A stretch of 64,000 bases of DNA from Tubiluchus corallicola. Its lineage: Eukaryota > Animalia > Priapulida. Position numbers and translations under genes: made by a program. Below, piece by piece: positions 63,806-64,000 of this stretch (positions are counted from its first letter, which is position 1; the number at the start of each line of letters is the position of its first letter). Below the pieces are notes generated by a model. It saw only the letters and a program-made list of their open reading frames with translations, did no database searches and was not told the DNA's origin. The stretch covers positions 32,378-96,377 of the forward strand of contig JAQGDQ010000781.1 in NCBI GenBank assembly GCA_030141605.1, written 5' to 3'.

Positions 63806-64000
63806 GAAGTTTTTCAATTGTTCTGAATTATAGTCATACTGTCTGAACACACCGAAGGTGTTTATTTATGCATAGGATTTTGTACTTATACAGTAGGGGT
63901 GAGCATCAAACGTTCGAATCAAATGTGAATAAATTTTTAAATCCGAATTCGATTCGAATCTAAAATTATAGATTTGAATAATTCAGCACTTCAGCCACAT

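Overview
AT-rich, intron-rich animal genomic DNA. The 5S fragment looks lophotrochozoan (annelid/mollusc-like), which is an inference. There is one assembly gap (31468-31540). I hand-spliced two + strand genes built almost entirely from symmetric phase-1 exons. Gene 1 (5' part outside the window) has 19 single-EGF exons followed by two atypical Ig exons and stops at 15531, with no TM segment visible. Gene 2 (18603-58699, about 920 aa if all intact exons are used) is a type I membrane protein: signal peptide, ~5 LRR, LRRCT, RVKR furin-type site, intron-split V-like Ig, 3 EGF, TM, then a long Tyr-free, K/E/S/G-rich cytoplasmic tail. The tail is assembled from ~20 small exons, including an expanding and decaying tandem array of paired 51-nt/57-nt micro-exons. 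The locus shows exon birth-and-death: a 2.9-kb EGF block duplication that broke inside an exon, and minisatellites made of a splice donor or of the terminal codons. Introns hold many TEs: a solo-LTR family with 5-bp TSDs, head-to-tail Helitrons, hAT and piggyBac-like MITEs, LINE/Penelope fragments, a 5S retrocopy with TSD and a 1.36-kb foldback. All gene models are manual and lack transcript evidence.
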